A DNA stretch of 64,000 bases from Acidobacteriota bacterium. Its GTDB lineage: Bacteria; Acidobacteriota; Thermoanaerobaculia; Multivoradales; UBA5704. The notes beneath the pieces were generated by a model. It was not told the DNA's origin. It was given only the letters and a program-made list of their open reading frames with translations, and ran no database searches. Within the stretch, counting starts at the first letter, position 1. Each line of letters opens with the position of its first letter. The stretch spans positions 36,066-100,065 of the forward strand of contig JBDTZG010000016.1 of assembly GCA_040005235.1 (NCBI GenBank). Direction: 5' to 3'. Below, piece after piece: positions 62,242 to 64,000 of the stretch. The translations under genes and the position numbers were made by a program.

Positions 62242-62341
62242 GGCCGTAGGGGGGCGGGGGGCGCGCGAGCTTAGACCGCCGAACACCACGCTGCAGCTGC
62301 CGCGGGCGGCTTTTCACGAAGACCTCGGATAGGATGCGACC

Positions 62342-62554
62342 ATGAAAGTCCGGGTCTACACGGACACCTCAGTCCTGGGTGGTTGCGAGGACGAAGAGTT
62401 TGCCGAGCACTCCGTCCGGCTCCTTGAGGGCTTCATCAGAGGTGAGTTCGTCGTCAACTTGCAGCGGATCCATGGCTACAACTCCGTGAACCTGCGCAGG
62501 GGCTACCCGATGATCGAGATCCGGACGCCACGAGAGGTATTGTCAGATGAATAA
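62342..62554 (+). pseudogene. PIN-domain toxin with a large in-frame internal deletion
   Basis: N-terminal RVYTDTSVLGGCEDEEF joined directly to C-terminal VNLQRIHGYNSVN...IEIRTPREV; only 70 aa, central DAxH/SWNF core missing. Confidence 0.75.
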
Positions 62555-62714
62555 GACCGAGAAGAAATTCGACGCGGTTGCGATGATGCGACCAGCCCGA
62601 GACAAGCTCTCGGCAAAGATCGAAGGTATGACGTTGGAAGAAGAGTTGAAGTGGCTTTCTTCACAGGAGGTCTCGGATCCGTTCTTGAAGCGCCTTCGAG
62701 ATCGTGCTGCCTGA
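62547..62714 (+). CDS. Small (55 aa) putative antitoxin/partner of the PIN gene
   Basis: Below the ORF-track cutoff; GAGG RBS; MNKTEKKFDAVAMMRPARDKLSAKIEGMTLEEELKWL...; overlaps the PIN gene 3' end. Confidence 0.7.
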   Translation: MNKTEKKFDAVAMMRPARDKLSAKIEGMTLEEELKWLSSQEVSDPFLKRLRDRAA

Positions 62715-63002
62715 CGGGCTAAAGATTCAAGCTGCCGATGCTCGCGGTCTTCCTCGTTTCGTCCAAGAGAGCGCTGTGAGGAATCGATGAGCAGAGAAGG
62801 ATTCGAACTTGCCAGCTGCCCGGTCTGCGAGGAGAAAGTCTATCCGCCGGATGCGATGCGGAAGATCCAAGAGGCCTCGCCCGCCTATCCGAAACCGGTC
62901 GCGCCGCCAGCCGTGCGGCGGCGGCCTCTTCGAAAATCCGCGTGAGGCCAGGAATGTAGGCGCCTCGGGTTTCGCGATCCGGCTTCGACGGAATTCTCGC
63001 GT

Positions 63003-63945
63003 TTGAAGACAGAGATGCGCGCAGCTCCCTTCCCCGAGACCTCACCCACCGCTTTCGACAATGCCGCATCGTGGGCCGAACGGCGAGGCCTCGACCGCGG
63101 CTCGTTTTCGCGAGCCCTCGTCAGTACCATCGCTCGGCCGGTGCGGGCCGCCCGAATTCGCCGCCAAATCGTCAGGCGACGCTTCGCAGAGGAGGTCGCC
63201 GCCGCGGACTCCGACCGTGATTTCCATGCTGCTCGGGAGCAACCGACCGACCCGTGGAGCATGATCCCGGCGCAGCTCAAGGCCCGCACACTCTCCGTCG
63301 GGAGCTGCTTCCGCTGCCACGGCTCCCGCCAGATCGTCTGCCTGGATTGCGGCGGCAGTCTCCAAGCTCCTTGCTCCGCCTGCCACGGCTCGGGTCGGGA
63401 TATCTCACTCAAAACCGGGCGTTCCATCCAATGCCGTAGCTGCCGCGGAAGCGGGTCGCGACGCTGCCGTCGCTGTCACGAAGGCGAGCACCTTTGCGAT
63501 GTCTGCCTAGGCAACGGTCAAATTGAGCGTTGGCTGAAAATCGTCGAAGAAACCAGCGAGCAGAAAGTGGTCGCGGGTGAGCCTGCGATCGTGGAGCGGC
63601 TCGAAAGAAAAGACCTGACACCGATCCGGGTCCTGACTTCTTGGGCCGGTCCTCCCTCCGACGCTCCCACGGAAATCCGCGACCTCTTGCTCCACCCGGA
63701 CCTTGCGACCCCGCTGGCCGAGAACGAAAGAGTTGCCAGAGTTTACGTCGAGGTGTTCGGCAGCGAGGAAATCACCTATCGCTTCCAACAGTTTGGCCGC
63801 AGCGGCGAGTTGAAGCTCTTCGAGGGGTCACCGGAAGTGATTGCCTCTTCAGACGCGAGCGCCGTGTATCTCGACGGAGCTCGCTTCTTGGAGCGGCGAC
63901 CTGGCTGCCCTTGTTCGCCGGAGGATTTTTCGTCGCTCTCTTCGC
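63003..63945 (+). pseudogene. DnaJ-type CxxCxGxG repeat zinc-finger protein, probably disrupted
   Basis: CFRCHGS, CLDCGGS, CSACHGSG, CRSCRGSG, CRRCHEG, CDVCLGNG; frame runs into the IS-like end; start unclear. Confidence 0.6.
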
Positions 63946-64000
63946 TGTCACCGATCACCCTAAATTCCCCCCGTGCGATCACCTAAAAATCCCCCCCTCC
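63946..64000. mobile_element. Probable terminal end of an IS21-family element
   Basis: Begins TGTCA, then two direct repeats GATCACCCTAAATTCCCCC (63953) and GATCACCTAAAAATCCCCC (63977), 24 bp apart. Confidence 0.65.

Noticed and set aside
62275-62315. attC-like half site (GCCGAAC...CGCTGCAGCTG) before the PIN module
   Set aside because: No complementary right arm with GTTRRRY and no integron integrase in the window

Overview
High-GC bacterial chromosomal window; gene content (ELWxxDGT protein, giant DUF11 proteins, NACHT-FGE proteins, orphan lanthipeptide-like precursor) suggests a large-genome environmental bacterium such as an Acidobacteriota member, which is inference only. In order: corA 5' end; a divergent B-box/RDD and DUF4129-DUF4350-MoxR-DUF58 cluster; a GH63 glucosidase; a minus-strand run of multicopper oxidase (with an inserted MVL-type lectin module), methyltransferase, molybdenum-storage mosB/mosA homologues and a fused ABC exporter whose linker holds an in-frame REP palindrome; class I HMG-CoA reductase plus a phytoene-desaturase-family enzyme; an Rpn-family nuclease; a class A beta-lactamase-like lipoprotein; fbaB. 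The standout locus (23.5-30.7 kb) has two tandem NACHT-FGE/C-type-lectin receptors whose last 114 bp look like DGR variable repeats, a small Bell-like effector sharing a 25-aa Gly/Ala amyloid-like motif (17/25 identical) with the N-terminus of the second receptor, an unexplained degenerate 21-bp-period array and an orphan Cys/Ser/Thr-rich RiPP precursor. Then an MBL hydrolase, a 2-oxoacid dehydrogenase operon, two secreted repeat/propeller proteins, vapBC, decayed genes, two giant tandem paralogous DUF11 surface proteins ending in PVxLMGFExE, a cation/H+ antiporter, a sulfatase, an internally deleted PIN toxin module and a Cys-rich gene cut by a probable IS21-family end at the right edge. No rRNA, tRNA, CRISPR array or reverse transcriptase was seen. 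Family calls come from motif recognition by eye; no database searches were run.
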